64,000 bases of DNA from Polyangiales bacterium (GTDB lineage: Bacteria; Myxococcota_A; Polyangia; Polyangiales; Ga0077539): the NCBI GenBank assembly GCA_044229975.1, contig JBGARZ010000027.1, positions 1-64,000 on the forward strand, in the 5' to 3' direction. Position 1 is the stretch's first letter, and each line of letters opens with the position of its first letter. Under the pieces are notes generated by a model. That model searched no databases. It saw only the letters and a list, made by a program, of their open reading frames with translations, and was not told where the DNA came from. This document shows, one piece after another, positions 10,557 to 21,065 of this stretch. The translations under genes and the position numbers were made by a program.

Positions 10557-12361
10557 CAGCGGGCTCCGAACAGCCGACCGGGGTTCGACGCCATGGGCCC
10601 CCAGCCGACGATCACCAGGCAGCCGTCGAGCACGCACCGCGCCCGCGTGCAGCGGAGCGAGTCGGGGACGTGCGGCGAGTCCTGACGAGAGCACATCGAC
10701 GGCGCGATGGTTCCGTCGATGGGCGGGCGCAGTGTCTCCCAGTGGCGCCCTGCGTCGCGGGTGCGCGCCACGATGTCGAAGGACGATGACCACGCGAAGC
10801 CGTGCGACGCGTCCGCGAAGACCGCGCGGTCGACGCCTACGGGCAGCGGGACGTCGACGAGCGGCGCGCCCAGGATTCCTGTCGCGGCGCGCTGCAACGC
10901 CCGTCCCTGCCAGACCAGGGCGGTGACCACGCCGCCGACGCCGACCCCCGCACTGATCGTCTCGTCGGCCGCCACCGCGAGCAGCGGCGCGACGGCGGAG
11001 GGTTCCGTCACGCGCTCGTCGAGGTCGATGACGGCGAGTTCTCGGTCGGACGTGGCGACCAGCACCCGCCACCCGGCGACCCCGACGAGACGGGTGAAGG
11101 GTCGTGACAGGTGGCGGGTGAGGCTATCCGAGAGCGAGGACGCGTAGGCGCAGACCGCGTCGAAGGGCGGGGCCAGCGGCTGATCGGCCTGGGTGGGGCA
11201 GGCGCCGGGGGCGAAGGCGAGGTCATTGACGTCCGAGGGCAGCGCGTGCTCGATGCCCCGCGGGAAGAGGTCGCCCATCGACCGACGACCCCGCGGGTCG
11301 GTGAGGTGGGGCCGGTCCGCCCGGGCGGCCGCGACGAGGGAGCAGTGGTCCGAGACGAGGTGACCGGCGTCGACGATCGTGCACTCGCACGGCCCGATGA
11401 CGCCGCTCAGTACGCGCCCGGTGGCCGCGTTGAGGGTGAAGAGGGTGCCGTTGTCCGACGTGTCGCGGCATTGGGTTGGCCCCTGGGCGAGGAGGGTTCC
11501 GTCGGGTCGGGGGAGGCCCTGGAGCGCGTCGATCCAGGCGGCGTCGTGGGTGGTCAGCAGCCACGCTACGGGCAGGGGGGAGGGTACTCCCGCGGACGCG
11601 GTCCACTCGGGAAGGTCGCGTGCCCGTGTCGGCGCCGCCCCTGGCAAGAAGCGGCAGTCGGGTCCGATCAGCCGCGGACCTGACCCGTCGAACACCTCCA
11701 GGCTTTCCCCGCGAGTGCGCAGCTCAGCCACCCTGGGAGCGGCGTCGGGAACGGCGGCCCAGTGCGCTCCGCCGTCGCTCGTGCATCGCAGCGCCCCGGT
11801 CCGCGAGACGGCGCCGCCGACGCGCTCGCTCACGAAGGCGATCTGTCGCACGGGCTCGTCGGCCAGGGCGGTCACCCGCTCGAAGGCTCCGCCGTCGCTC
11901 ATCCACGCCGCGCCGTCGCGGTCTACGGCGCCGAGCCGACCGCCCTGTTCGACCATGCGGCGGTCGGGGTTGATGAGCCACTCGATGCCGGGGAAGTCGC
12001 CGATGCGCCTGAGCGGCCCCAGGAAGGTCCGCGCCGCGAAGGCCGAGCCGTCCTCGCCGACGAAGGTCCAGCCGCGCGCGACGGGCGCCGCGAGCCTCAC
12101 GTCGGCGATGATCTGGTCGGGCGCGACGCGGAGCACGTCGTCGCGCACCTGCACCCGCAGCGCACCGAAGGTGACGTCGAGGGTCCCGTCGGGTTCGTGG
12201 TGCTCGACGGAGGCGTACGATCTCGTGGTCTGCCAGAGCATCCGCGTCGGCGCCTCGCGCGCGGCGTCAGCCGTGGCCGGTCCTCTGGCGACGCGGCAGC
12301 CGAGGAGCACGACGAGCGCGAGGGCGACGCGACTGACGGGTGCGACGGAGCGGAGGGTCAC
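10556..12361 (-). CDS. Lipoprotein with FLGP motif and two Asp-boxes (paralog 4 of 4)
   Basis: Probable GTG start 12361; lipobox LLGC; GWTFVGEDGSAFAARTFLGPL; TSDGGAHW and TRDAGRHW. Confidence 0.8.
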   Translation of the reverse strand: MTLRSVAPVSRVALALVVLLGCRVARGPATADAAREAPTRMLWQTTRSYASVEHHEPDGTLDVTFGALRVQVRDDVLRVAPDQIIADVRLAAPVARGWTFVGEDGSAFAARTFLGPLRRIGDFPGIEWLINPDRRMVEQGGRLGAVDRDGAAWMSDGGAFERVTALADEPVRQIAFVSERVGGAVSRTGALRCTSDGGAHWAAVPDAAPRVAELRTRGESLEVFDGSGPRLIGPDCRFLPGAAPTRARDLPEWTASAGVPSPLPVAWLLTTHDAAWIDALQGLPRPDGTLLAQGPTQCRDTSDNGTLFTLNAATGRVLSGVIGPCECTIVDAGHLVSDHCSLVAAARADRPHLTDPRGRRSMGDLFPRGIEHALPSDVNDLAFAPGACPTQADQPLAPPFDAVCAYASSLSDSLTRHLSRPFTRLVGVAGWRVLVATSDRELAVIDLDERVTEPSAVAPLLAVAADETISAGVGVGGVVTALVWQGRALQRAATGILGAPLVDVPLPVGVDRAVFADASHGFAWSSSFDIVARTRDAGRHWETLRPPIDGTIAPSMCSRQDSPHVPDSLRCTRARCVLDGCLVIVGWGPMASNPGRLFGAR

Positions 12362-12560
12362 CGTCTCTGTGATAACGGGAACGTCGACCGACGCGTGACG
12401 TGTTTCCCAACGAAGGTCTCGGCGTTGCGCCCACACGGCGTGGGCTCGCTGACCCAATGCAATCCCCGCTCGAAGTAGCCCCCGTCGCCGTTGATGAGCC
12501 TGCGCGACGGCGGACACATCGTGGCGCAGTCGAGGTGGTGCACTCGCGTGGCCGCGGACT

Positions 12561-13772
12561 CTACAGCGACCGGCGGCCACGCGGGTGACGGCCCGCGTCG
12601 GCTGAAGGCCTTGCGCGGGCCGCGTTGATCCGCGACCCCGGCGGGTCGAACATCGCCCGGAGCAGCCCGTCCAGACGACCGCGATCGAGCGCGATGTAGT
12701 ATCCGGCGTCGGGGAAGTACTCTGGATCGATGGGTCCCGTCGGGCCGGAGTGCAGCTCGTCCGCCTCGAAGCGATAGAGCGTGCCGCCGTGCTCCACCAC
12801 GCGCACCTCGACCCCGTAGTTTTGGCTCCAGTGAGGATGCGGCTCGTACATCCACGCCGCCACGCGATCGCCCCACGGCGCGCGCCACACCCGCGGCGGC
12901 CGACCGGCGACCTGGTAGCGCTGCGCGACGGCCCGGGCCCAGCGGCGGTCGTCGGAGCGGAAGTCCGCGAACTCGGCGGCGTCGGTGGCGTAGACGTCCG
13001 CCCGGTCGCAGACGCTCACGAAACCGTGCTCGGCCCGCGGCGCCCGCGGCGGAACGTCGTGGACGGTGGCGTACTGCACCCACCCGATCACGCTGGGCAG
13101 CGACTGACAATCATAGGACCGTGGGGCGTTAGAGAGGGGGAGCCGCCTCGCGACGACCGGCGCTCCGACCCGCCACGCGGTCATCAGCGTGAGGTCCCGG
13201 CGCCAGCCGATCAGGGTGTCGCCGTGATCGGCGAAGGACAGCGCCGAGAGCCCGCGCTCGGTCCAGCGGGCGGTGGCCACGTAGCGATCGTCGCGCCGCA
13301 GGTGCATCGTGACTCCGTCGGCCGTCGTCACCGCGAGCCGGGTACCGTCGACGCTACGCGCGCAGCCCGTCGGCACCGTCCCCGGATTCAGCGCCAGCGC
13401 GGGGCGGGCCTGCCCGCGCAGCCGCACCTCGAAGCGCCCACGCCGTCGGACCAGCGCGCTGTCCGCGTCGCACGCACCGACGAGCGTGTATCCGACTGGA
13501 ACCGCCGGCGGTGGCGACGTCGCGGTGGAGGGCTCCCATCGGGCGTTGCGCTCGGCCTCCGACTGCGGCCCGAGGTAGCGCCCGCTCCGCGCATCAAAGT
13601 GCGCGTAGCACCACGTCACTCGCGCGTCTTCCGTGGCGGTGTCGCCGGCGTCGAAGGTCCCGCGGCACGTCCTCCGCCACGCGACCGCCCACGTCGCCGG
13701 AGGGTCGGCCGCGGCCTCCGCGGCGAACCACGTGAGCGCGCTCGCGACCACCAATGCCACGCCTCGTCTCAT
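12561..13772 (-). CDS. Secreted hypothetical protein with partial beta-propeller-like blades
   Basis: ATG 13772; signal peptide MRRGVALVVASALTWFAAEAAA; blade-like SVDGTRLAV and LSFADHGDTL. Confidence 0.7.
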   Translation of the reverse strand: MRRGVALVVASALTWFAAEAAADPPATWAVAWRRTCRGTFDAGDTATEDARVTWCYAHFDARSGRYLGPQSEAERNARWEPSTATSPPPAVPVGYTLVGACDADSALVRRRGRFEVRLRGQARPALALNPGTVPTGCARSVDGTRLAVTTADGVTMHLRRDDRYVATARWTERGLSALSFADHGDTLIGWRRDLTLMTAWRVGAPVVARRLPLSNAPRSYDCQSLPSVIGWVQYATVHDVPPRAPRAEHGFVSVCDRADVYATDAAEFADFRSDDRRWARAVAQRYQVAGRPPRVWRAPWGDRVAAWMYEPHPHWSQNYGVEVRVVEHGGTLYRFEADELHSGPTGPIDPEYFPDAGYYIALDRGRLDGLLRAMFDPPGSRINAARARPSADAGRHPRGRRSL

Positions 13773-13981
13773 CGATCGCACGTAGCCCCTCGTGCGATGG
13801 CGCGGCAACAAAGCGTCTTCGGGCGCCGCGGCCGCCGCGAGCGGCGGGGTGGCCTGCCCTCGTTGTCGACGCGGAGCCCAATGGTATGCCGACGAACGAT
13901 CGACCGGGTCGCCCTGCTTGCGCTGGTCGGTGGGGGTACTTCGACCGTGGGCAGGCCTCACGTTGTCGAGACCATGACGCA

Positions 13982-14464
13982 CTACATCGACGCGAGCGCC
14001 GTGAGCGCGGCGCCGTCCACCCGCATCGCGGTCCACTCGTCGAGGGAGCGGGCGCCGAGCGCGCGGTAGAAGCGGAGGGCCGGTTCGTTCCAGTCGAGCA
14101 CCTGCCACTCGAGGCGGGCGCAGCCGCGTGCCACGGCTACCGCTGCAACCTTCGCGAGCAGCGCGCGACCGATGCCCCGCCTGCGCGCCTCAGGGAGCAC
14201 GAAGAGGTCTTCGAGGTGAATCCCGGGTCGTCCCCGCCAGGTGCTCCAGGTGGGGAAGAAGAGGGCGAAGCCGAGCACGCTGCCGTCCTGCTCCGCGAGC
14301 AGCGCGGCCATTTCGGGCGGCGAACTCGACAGCGCTCGCGCGAAGTCGGCCTCGGTGGCCACGACGTCGTCGGGCGCACGCTCGTACTCGGCGAGCCCGC
14401 GAACGAGGGTCAGGAGCGTGGCGGCGTCGGCCGGCACGGCGGGGCGGAGTGAAAAGGATGCCAT
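13982..14464 (-). CDS. GNAT family N-acetyltransferase (diamine/SSAT-like)
   Basis: GLAEYE, FALFFPTWSTWRGRPGIHLEDLFV, acetyl-CoA motif RRRGIGRALL, LEWQVLDWNEPALRFY. Confidence 0.92.
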   Translation of the reverse strand: MASFSLRPAVPADAATLLTLVRGLAEYERAPDDVVATEADFARALSSSPPEMAALLAEQDGSVLGFALFFPTWSTWRGRPGIHLEDLFVLPEARRRGIGRALLAKVAAVAVARGCARLEWQVLDWNEPALRFYRALGARSLDEWTAMRVDGAALTALASM

Positions 14465-14882
14465 GCGTCGAGACTATGCGAGTCAGCAGGGAAGGGTCCC
14501 GTTGTCCGCGTCGTGCCCGGCGCCGAGCTCCAGGTGCTGCTGACCTCGGCCACGAAGGACGAGCGCAGAGTGTTGCCGTGCCCGGCGGGGGTCATCTTCG
14601 TGCCGAGCGCGAGTGCCGAGCTTGCGCGCTGAGCGCGGACAGTCGGCGTGTGGCGGCCCGACTGATCGCCGCCCTGGCGAACAGTGGACGTGCGGCTATC
14701 GACGCCGTGGGCGGCTTCGCGCTGACGGGGGACGGACGGCGGTTCATCGCAGTGGTCGACGCCGAGGGGACGGCGGACGCGGTACGCCGGGCGCTCGTAA
14801 CGGTGGCGCCGCGAGGGCGCTGCGAGGAGTGGCGAACCGCGCCCCTTGTGGTCGACGCGTCGGGAGCGGACGATCGGGCCCC

Positions 14883-17330
14883 ATGACGCCGCTCGTCGAG
14901 TTCGCGCGGGGATACGGGCTTCTCGTGGGCTTCGGCGTCGTGCTCGCGACGGCGACGTTCGCGCGCGTGCTGCTCGTCGCGGTGCGCGCAGTCGTGCGCG
15001 GCGCGACGCAGTGGGCGCGCGAACGCTCGGCGCGGAGTCGGCTCGGTCGGCCCGCGGCCCCGACTTTCGTGAGCGAGGACGAGGGCCGCTCGGTCACCCT
15101 CGACGGGACCTTCGTCGCGGAGGGTCCCCACCTGAAGGTCGGGTCGACGCCGGTGCGTCTGCACGGCGCGGCCGAGGGTGACGAGGTGCCGGACGGGACG
15201 CGCGTCCTCGCGCGGGGCACGCTGCGGCGGACCGCGGGCGAGGCGGGCGCGATGTTCCGAGACGCGGCGCCTCCCTCGTGGGTCTTGGAACCGACAGGCG
15301 CGCGACGGGAGGTAGCGACGATCCTGCCCTATCGGCCGCGCGGCGGTGCGGGGGTGGTCGCCTTCCTCGCGGGCGCGGCGACGGGCCTCGCGGGCCTCAC
15401 GACGGTCGCGGGCGGCGCGATGCATGCTCTCCATCCGCGGGTGTTCGTCTTCACCGGGTCGGACCGCTCGAGCGTCGCCTGGCAGACGCGCTGGGACCCG
15501 CGCGACGAGCGTGCCCTCGCGGCTTCGTTGTGCAGCCCGTGGCACCGACGACGCGCGCTGCAGCAGTTGAAGGCGGATCCGAATCGCGAGGCGCTGTGGG
15601 CCATGTCGAGCGAGCGCGTCCGAGCGACGGGGAGTGCGTTGCACGACCGGGGACTCTGCGCCCGAGCGACGGACCTGTATCTCACCGCCGGTCTGCTGCG
15701 AGAGGCTGGCAGCGAGGGCGTCTCCTGCCCGGACGCTCGCGCGCGCTCACAGGCGTGGGACGCCCGGAGCGCGATGGGCTGGCTGCACGGAGACGCCCGC
15801 GAGGTTGGCCTCCGACAAAGCACGCTCGATCACTGGCTGCGCGATCGCACCCCGGACCTTCAGGGCGACGAGGTGTTCGCGCTCGTCGGATCGGTCCGGG
15901 ACCCGGATGGTCCGCGGGTCGCCTTCCTGTCATCGAGTGAGAGCGACCCGACCCGGGCTTCGCTTCACTGCATCGAGTTCGCTCTTCGCCACATCCACAC
16001 ACGCGATCGCTGGGACAACGATCCGCCGCCGGCATCGGCGTGGGACGCCATGCTCCGATCCGACGCACCCGCCTGCCGGATCATCGCAGCAACGCGCTCG
16101 ACCCGTCGCGACGACGCGAGCCTCCGGGCGCTCGACGAGATCGCCCCGAGCGCGTCGCCCGTGTGGCGCCCGCTCCTCGACGCGGCCCGAAGCCTCATCG
16201 TGCTCGACGGCGGGCGGAGCGGCAGCCTGCAGAACGTGTCCCCGTGCGAGAGGCAGGAGCCCTACGGAACGATCGACCCGGCGCGTTACGCGCGGATGCC
16301 CATGGTGACCGCGGAGCTGGTGCAGGCGGCCGCCTCGTCGCCCTGCCGGTGGATGGTCGACCACGTCCGGCTGCCCGCCCAGGAGGCGCTCCTCCGTTTC
16401 GTCTTGGAGACCGGCGGGACCGGCGCAGGCTACTTCCCCTACAACGCCTGCTCCATCGGTTCCGGGCTCAATCCGCTCACCTGCATGGGCTTCGGCCCCG
16501 AGTGGTACCTCTGGGCGTGGCACGGGTATCAGGGCGCGCTGCTCTCCCAGCGCGAAAACGCCAGGCGCGACCCGCGCTTCGACGCGCGTTGGGAGGCGTC
16601 TCTCCGTGCGGGGCTCCTCCGTGTGCTCGGGTACGGCCCTGTCCTCGCGGCGCGCGAGCAGACGCGGTCCTGGTCAATCGACGACTACAGGCTCGGTCGC
16701 AGGGCCCACCCGCCCTCGCTCACGGGAATGATCACGAAGATGGTGCAACGGTTGGGACACCCCGACGCTTCGTTCTGGCGAGTCCCGCCGCAGCGCGCAG
16801 CGACCGAGCTCGAGCAACGGGCGAGCGAGCTGTCGGCGCCGGTTGCCGCCGCGGTACGCAGCGGCGATGGGATCACGGCGGCGGAGCGCGTCCGCGTCCT
16901 CCAGCAGGGTCCCGAGTCGGACGGCGCGAGCGGCCTCCGCGCACGTGCTTTCACCGCCGCGCGTACGGGCGACACTCTCGCGGTGATCGCCTCGCTCGGC
17001 CCGCCGACCGCCGATGCCGTGAGGGCCTTCGCCGACGTGGCGTCGCTGTTGTCCACACGCCGCGAGGCGGCGATCCCCTGGCTGCGCGTGGCCGCCTCGT
17101 ACGCCGCGTCTGGGGCCACGTCGCTCTACGAGCGCGCCCGGCTCGGCGAGGCCATCGGAAGGGCGCTCAGTGAGTTGCGCCCCAACCGCGAAGAGATGCC
17201 CGATACGGGGGACCTGTACTTCTTCTCGCACGCGAGCTGGGACTTCCCCGACGCCTTCATTTTGGCGGTCGTCGAGGCGCTCCGCGAGGACGCGCGCGAT
17301 CGCGTCGGCGCGACAGCAGCGACGCGCTGA
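14883..17330 (+). CDS. Large membrane protein of unknown family (paralog A)
   Basis: ATG 14883; two TM segments, then a helical extracytoplasmic domain; collinear similarity to 29418-31799. Confidence 0.8.
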   Translation: MTPLVEFARGYGLLVGFGVVLATATFARVLLVAVRAVVRGATQWARERSARSRLGRPAAPTFVSEDEGRSVTLDGTFVAEGPHLKVGSTPVRLHGAAEGDEVPDGTRVLARGTLRRTAGEAGAMFRDAAPPSWVLEPTGARREVATILPYRPRGGAGVVAFLAGAATGLAGLTTVAGGAMHALHPRVFVFTGSDRSSVAWQTRWDPRDERALAASLCSPWHRRRALQQLKADPNREALWAMSSERVRATGSALHDRGLCARATDLYLTAGLLREAGSEGVSCPDARARSQAWDARSAMGWLHGDAREVGLRQSTLDHWLRDRTPDLQGDEVFALVGSVRDPDGPRVAFLSSSESDPTRASLHCIEFALRHIHTRDRWDNDPPPASAWDAMLRSDAPACRIIAATRSTRRDDASLRALDEIAPSASPVWRPLLDAARSLIVLDGGRSGSLQNVSPCERQEPYGTIDPARYARMPMVTAELVQAAASSPCRWMVDHVRLPAQEALLRFVLETGGTGAGYFPYNACSIGSGLNPLTCMGFGPEWYLWAWHGYQGALLSQRENARRDPRFDARWEASLRAGLLRVLGYGPVLAAREQTRSWSIDDYRLGRRAHPPSLTGMITKMVQRLGHPDASFWRVPPQRAATELEQRASELSAPVAAAVRSGDGITAAERVRVLQQGPESDGASGLRARAFTAARTGDTLAVIASLGPPTADAVRAFADVASLLSTRREAAIPWLRVAASYAASGATSLYERARLGEAIGRALSELRPNREEMPDTGDLYFFSHASWDFPDAFILAVVEALREDARDRVGATAATR

Positions 17331-17423
17331 CGTTCAGGGCTTGTGCTGTTCGAGCACCCCGCCGTCGGGCGAGGCCGCGATTGGGCGGAGTGCCACCGTG
17401 GGCGGGTGACGATCGGTCGTCCG

Positions 17424-17960
17424 TCAGCGCGGTGGTTTGGAGGGCTCGCTCGCCGCATCGGGCGTGTGGAGGTCGCGGGGCTTCTTGCCGAGCCTGGTCG
17501 GGGCCTCCGACGCGTTGACTCCGCTCGCTGTGAAGTACTTCGTCGCCCGCTTCTCGCCCGTCTTGCGGAGCACGCCCATCGAGAGGCCGCGCGCCAGGGG
17601 CACGCGGATGTCGATGCGGGAGCTACCGAGCGCCCGCTGGATCTCCTCGCTGCCGATCCCGGGCTCTTTCTGGAGGAGCGCCGCGATCTCGTCGAGGCTC
17701 GGCTTCGGCCGCCGGGCGGAGGGCTGGCCTGACCCCTTCGCGCGGGAGCGTGCAGATGACCCTGATGGACGTTTCGTACTGGATGAAGACGTCCTCCGCC
17801 CAACCACCTCCGCAGGGGCAGGCCCCGAGCTCGCGACTGGAGCGCGATCAAACGTGAGGCCGCTCAGTTCCGCGACGGCCGCGGTGCGCAGCACGGCGAG
17901 CAACTTCTGGGTGTATTCATCGAGGAGCGCGGGCACGACATCGGCGAGGGAAACGGGCAT
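17424..17960 (-). CDS. Putative small DNA-binding protein (winged-HTH-like, myxobacterial type)
   Basis: ATG 17960; N-terminal amphipathic helix, basic S/R/K linker, then [18 protein letters not shown]...[13 protein letters not shown] (helix-turn-helix plus wing pattern). Confidence 0.7.
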   Translation of the reverse strand: MPVSLADVVPALLDEYTQKLLAVLRTAAVAELSGLTFDRAPVASSGPAPAEVVGRRTSSSSTKRPSGSSARSRAKGSGQPSARRPKPSLDEIAALLQKEPGIGSEEIQRALGSSRIDIRVPLARGLSMGVLRKTGEKRATKYFTASGVNASEAPTRLGKKPRDLHTPDAASEPSKPPR

Positions 17961-18113
17961 GGCGGAAGCTCTTCCTGGACGACGCGAGTGGCAGGGCGGG
18001 CGAGCCCGAGCGGGTGCGGAGGCCACACCGACCAGTGGCGATCGGGTGGACACGGAGACTCGCGCGTCCAAACGGTCGGCACGACGTACCGCAGAGGCGA
18101 GCGGAGTGAAAGG

Positions 18114-18263
18114 GTAGACCCGCGTGGCCGCGAGCGACGATCTCCATGCCGGGGTACTCGCGCAGCCACTGGGCGAAGGAGGCAGCCTCGCGATCGGGCA
18201 GAAGCTCGACGGGCACACGTCAGGCAGCTCCAGGTTCACCAGCAAGGTGCCGTACGGACGCTT
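18114..18263 (-). mobile_element. ISL3-family transposase relic 1 (frameshifted fragment)
   Basis: Two frames give KRPYGTLLVNLE and [32 protein letters not shown], matching the ISL3 YGTILVDLE...LLPDR...WL..HP.VE...RDR block. Confidence 0.75.
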
Positions 18264-18308
18264 CGTCGACGTGCTCCCCGCGACCGCGTGCCAAAGTGCA
18301 GGTGCGTG

Positions 18309-19277
18309 ATGCGGACGTCCCTCGTCGCTGCGAGCCTCGTCGTCGTGCTCGGGTCCTGCACGGCCCCGCCCGTTGAGACCGGCTGGGCGGCGCTTCGCAA
18401 TCCGATCCTCGAGAACGAGGACCGAGCCATCAAAGACGCGTTCGTCGTCCGGCACGCGCATCGATGGTTCCTCGGCTACAGCGAGATCAGCGACGACCCC
18501 TTCCGCTTCCGGCTGGGGTTCGCGTCGACGCCCGACCTCAAGACCTTCGAGCGCGGCGAGACGATCGACCAGCCAGAGACGGGCGGTCTCGCGTCGCCGA
18601 CCGTGGTCCGCGCGCCCGACGGCCGCTTCGTGATGACGTACAACTCGCACACGCGCGACGTGGGCGACGCCTTGAACAAGCTCTACTACCGCACGTCGTC
18701 GGACCTGGTCTCGTGGTCACCGCCGACGCGGATCCACGTCGAAGGCGCGGACGCCGACGCCGATCGCCTGATCGACGCGGCGCTCGCGTTCACCGGCGCG
18801 GGCGCGATGCTCTTCTTCAAGCTCGACCAGACCGCGCACGTCGCGCACTCCGCGTCGGGCTCGCTCGACGGCCCGTGGCGGCTCCTCGGCGACGTGACGC
18901 CGGGGGCGCTCGAGAACTACCAGCCGATCCGCATCGACGGACGGTGGCATCTGCTCGCGACGACGATCCCGCTGCTTCACCGGCCGAACCTGTATCGGCT
19001 CGACGGCGACGAGAACGACCCCGCCTCGTTCCGGCGGTGGACGCTCGTGCGCGAACTCGCGATCGAGGAGCAGCGCTGGAACACCGGCCGGCCGCTACTG
19101 TACGAGCGTGCGAACGCGGCGTTCCTGACCGACGCCCGCGAAGAGGACGGGTTCTTCTACCTGCTCTACGCGGGCAGCACGGAGACGCGGAGCTTCAGCG
19201 GCCGCGGGCACGCGGGCCTGGGTCTCGCGCGGAGTCGCGATCTCGTGACCTGGGAGGTCCCGCGCGAACGAGAGTGA
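18309..19277 (+). CDS. Lipoprotein, five-bladed beta-propeller glycoside-hydrolase-like (GH43/GH32 superfamily)
   Basis: ATG 18309; lipobox LGSC; NPIL, IKDAFVV, ASPTVV, IDAAL, LENYQ and GLARSRDLVTWE blade motifs with conserved acidic residues. Confidence 0.75.
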   Translation: MRTSLVAASLVVVLGSCTAPPVETGWAALRNPILENEDRAIKDAFVVRHAHRWFLGYSEISDDPFRFRLGFASTPDLKTFERGETIDQPETGGLASPTVVRAPDGRFVMTYNSHTRDVGDALNKLYYRTSSDLVSWSPPTRIHVEGADADADRLIDAALAFTGAGAMLFFKLDQTAHVAHSASGSLDGPWRLLGDVTPGALENYQPIRIDGRWHLLATTIPLLHRPNLYRLDGDENDPASFRRWTLVRELAIEEQRWNTGRPLLYERANAAFLTDAREEDGFFYLLYAGSTETRSFSGRGHAGLGLARSRDLVTWEVPRERE

Positions 19278-19320
19278 CCGCGCCTCCGGCGACCCGGAGG
19301 GTGCACTCCATCTTCCACGG

Positions 19321-20769
19321 TCACCGCGGAGGCTGGGGGAGTGCGACGCGACGCGTGACCGTTCGCGTCGCCGGGCTCCAGTAGCGCAGCTCGTTCTGCC
19401 CCGGCACGTCGAGCACCAGCAGGTCGCGCTGTGGCAGGATGTTCAGGTGCGCCGGGGACCAGCCGAGCCCGACGGACTCGACGCGGCGTTCGCCCAGCGC
19501 GACGCGGTGGAGGCCGCCGGAGACCACCCACAACTCGTCGGCCTGGGAGCGCACCGCGAACTCGTCGGCGAGGGACACCGAGGCGCCTTCCAGCGCCGTG
19601 AGCGAGCGCATCTGGAAGTCGTAGACGCGCACGGCGCCGCCGCCGGTCAAGGCGGTGAGCACCACGCGGTGCCCGGTGCGCGTCGTGTGATAGACGGGGC
19701 GGTCGCCGAAGGGCAGGCGGACCTCGTCCCGGCGCAGCGTCGCCTCGTCGACCAGTACGAGGTCGTAGGCGCTCTCGCCGGAGACCTTTTCTCTCGTGCG
19801 GTAGGCCACGATGGTGGAGCCGTCGGGCGAGATGCCCACCGGGCCCCAGGCGTTCTCGACCCAGCGCAGGGCGCCCGTCGTCAGGTTCATCACGTACAGG
19901 CCCGGCGTCGGCGCGGTCGACCCGTGGGCGCCGACGTCCTCGACGGGGAACACCGCGTATCGGTCGTCCGGGCTCACGCTGACCCAGCTCCAGGAGAACC
20001 ACTGGGCCGGCTGCGTGTCCGGGGCCCGCACGTTCAGCACCGGCGCGCGCCAGAAGTCCCCGTCGGCGGCGTAGTTGTCGTCGCGCACGCGGTTCATGTC
20101 GAAGACCATGAAGCGCATCGAGGGGCGCTCGCCGCCGTACGAGACCATCGCGACGAGCCGGTCCCGCGTGTTCTGCCACATGGCTTCCAGCCACCCGCCG
20201 TCGTGCGGAATGATCGTGGTGCGGAGCGTGTCGCCCTCGATGACGTGGATGGGCGCCTGATCGCTGGTGTTGTCCGCCACCGCGACGAAGCGCCGAGAGG
20301 GCGACATGCGGGTGCCGTGGTACCGCACGGCCGGGTCCACGCGGAGGCGCAGCGCGAGCGAGTCCGGGTCGAACAGGGAGAGCTGGTCCCGCCCGCCGCG
20401 CTCGGCCATCACCAGGACTCCCCCCGAGGGGAAGAGCACCCGCACGTCCGTGGTCCCGTCGAGGCTCGCGACGGTGCGGGTCGTCGCCTGGTCGGGGTCG
20501 ACGGCGAGCAGGCTCCGCCGTCGCTGCGCAGTGCCGAGGCCGCCCGAGGCCTGGAGCACGTAGGTGGTCTCCCGCACGGGGTCGACGGCGATCGCCCCGG
20601 TGGTCACCCCGCCGTCCGGGTCGTCGACGGGTTCGACCCACGTGTCGCCCCCAGCGCGGCGCTCGCTCAACGACTCGCCGCCCAAGCAGGCCAGCGCACA
20701 CAACCCCGCGAAGCCGATGGCCAGCGCGGAGATCGTCCGCCCGACGAACAGGAAGGAAGGAGTGCCCAT
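19321..20769 (-). CDS. Secreted/lipoprotein beta-propeller (YncE/YVTN-like)
   Basis: ATG 20769; hydrophobic leader ending CALAC; blades AIAVDP, MSPSRRFVAV, VSPDDRYAV, ISPDGSTIV. Confidence 0.8.
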   Translation of the reverse strand: MGTPSFLFVGRTISALAIGFAGLCALACLGGESLSERRAGGDTWVEPVDDPDGGVTTGAIAVDPVRETTYVLQASGGLGTAQRRRSLLAVDPDQATTRTVASLDGTTDVRVLFPSGGVLVMAERGGRDQLSLFDPDSLALRLRVDPAVRYHGTRMSPSRRFVAVADNTSDQAPIHVIEGDTLRTTIIPHDGGWLEAMWQNTRDRLVAMVSYGGERPSMRFMVFDMNRVRDDNYAADGDFWRAPVLNVRAPDTQPAQWFSWSWVSVSPDDRYAVFPVEDVGAHGSTAPTPGLYVMNLTTGALRWVENAWGPVGISPDGSTIVAYRTREKVSGESAYDLVLVDEATLRRDEVRLPFGDRPVYHTTRTGHRVVLTALTGGGAVRVYDFQMRSLTALEGASVSLADEFAVRSQADELWVVSGGLHRVALGERRVESVGLGWSPAHLNILPQRDLLVLDVPGQNELRYWSPATRTVTRRVALPQPPR

Positions 20770-21065
20770 GGCCGTGGCGATGGAGCAATCGATGCGCCGC
20801 GCGAGAAACGCCGGGGGAGGTTGAGCGCGACCCTGACAGGCGCGCCCTGACCGTGACCAGGCAGCACACCGCCCATCGGCCCCTCTCACTCGCCACCCGC
20901 CGCCGCCCGGCACTCCCAGCGCAGGCTGCTGGTGGAGTTCACGAGCGTCTGCCTGGCGGTGGACTTCGTCTCCCGGTTCCTCCCACGCCCCGGGGCATCG
21001 GATGCCCCGCCGTGCGATGATGCCGATGGCCGACGATCACTCCCGATATCTGCCCCGGTGAAGGA

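Noticed and set aside
20991..21009. Palindrome CGGGGCATC-G-GATGCCCCG downstream of the RCC1 gene
   Set aside because: Short, GC-rich and lacking a U-tract; cannot be called a terminator with confidence.
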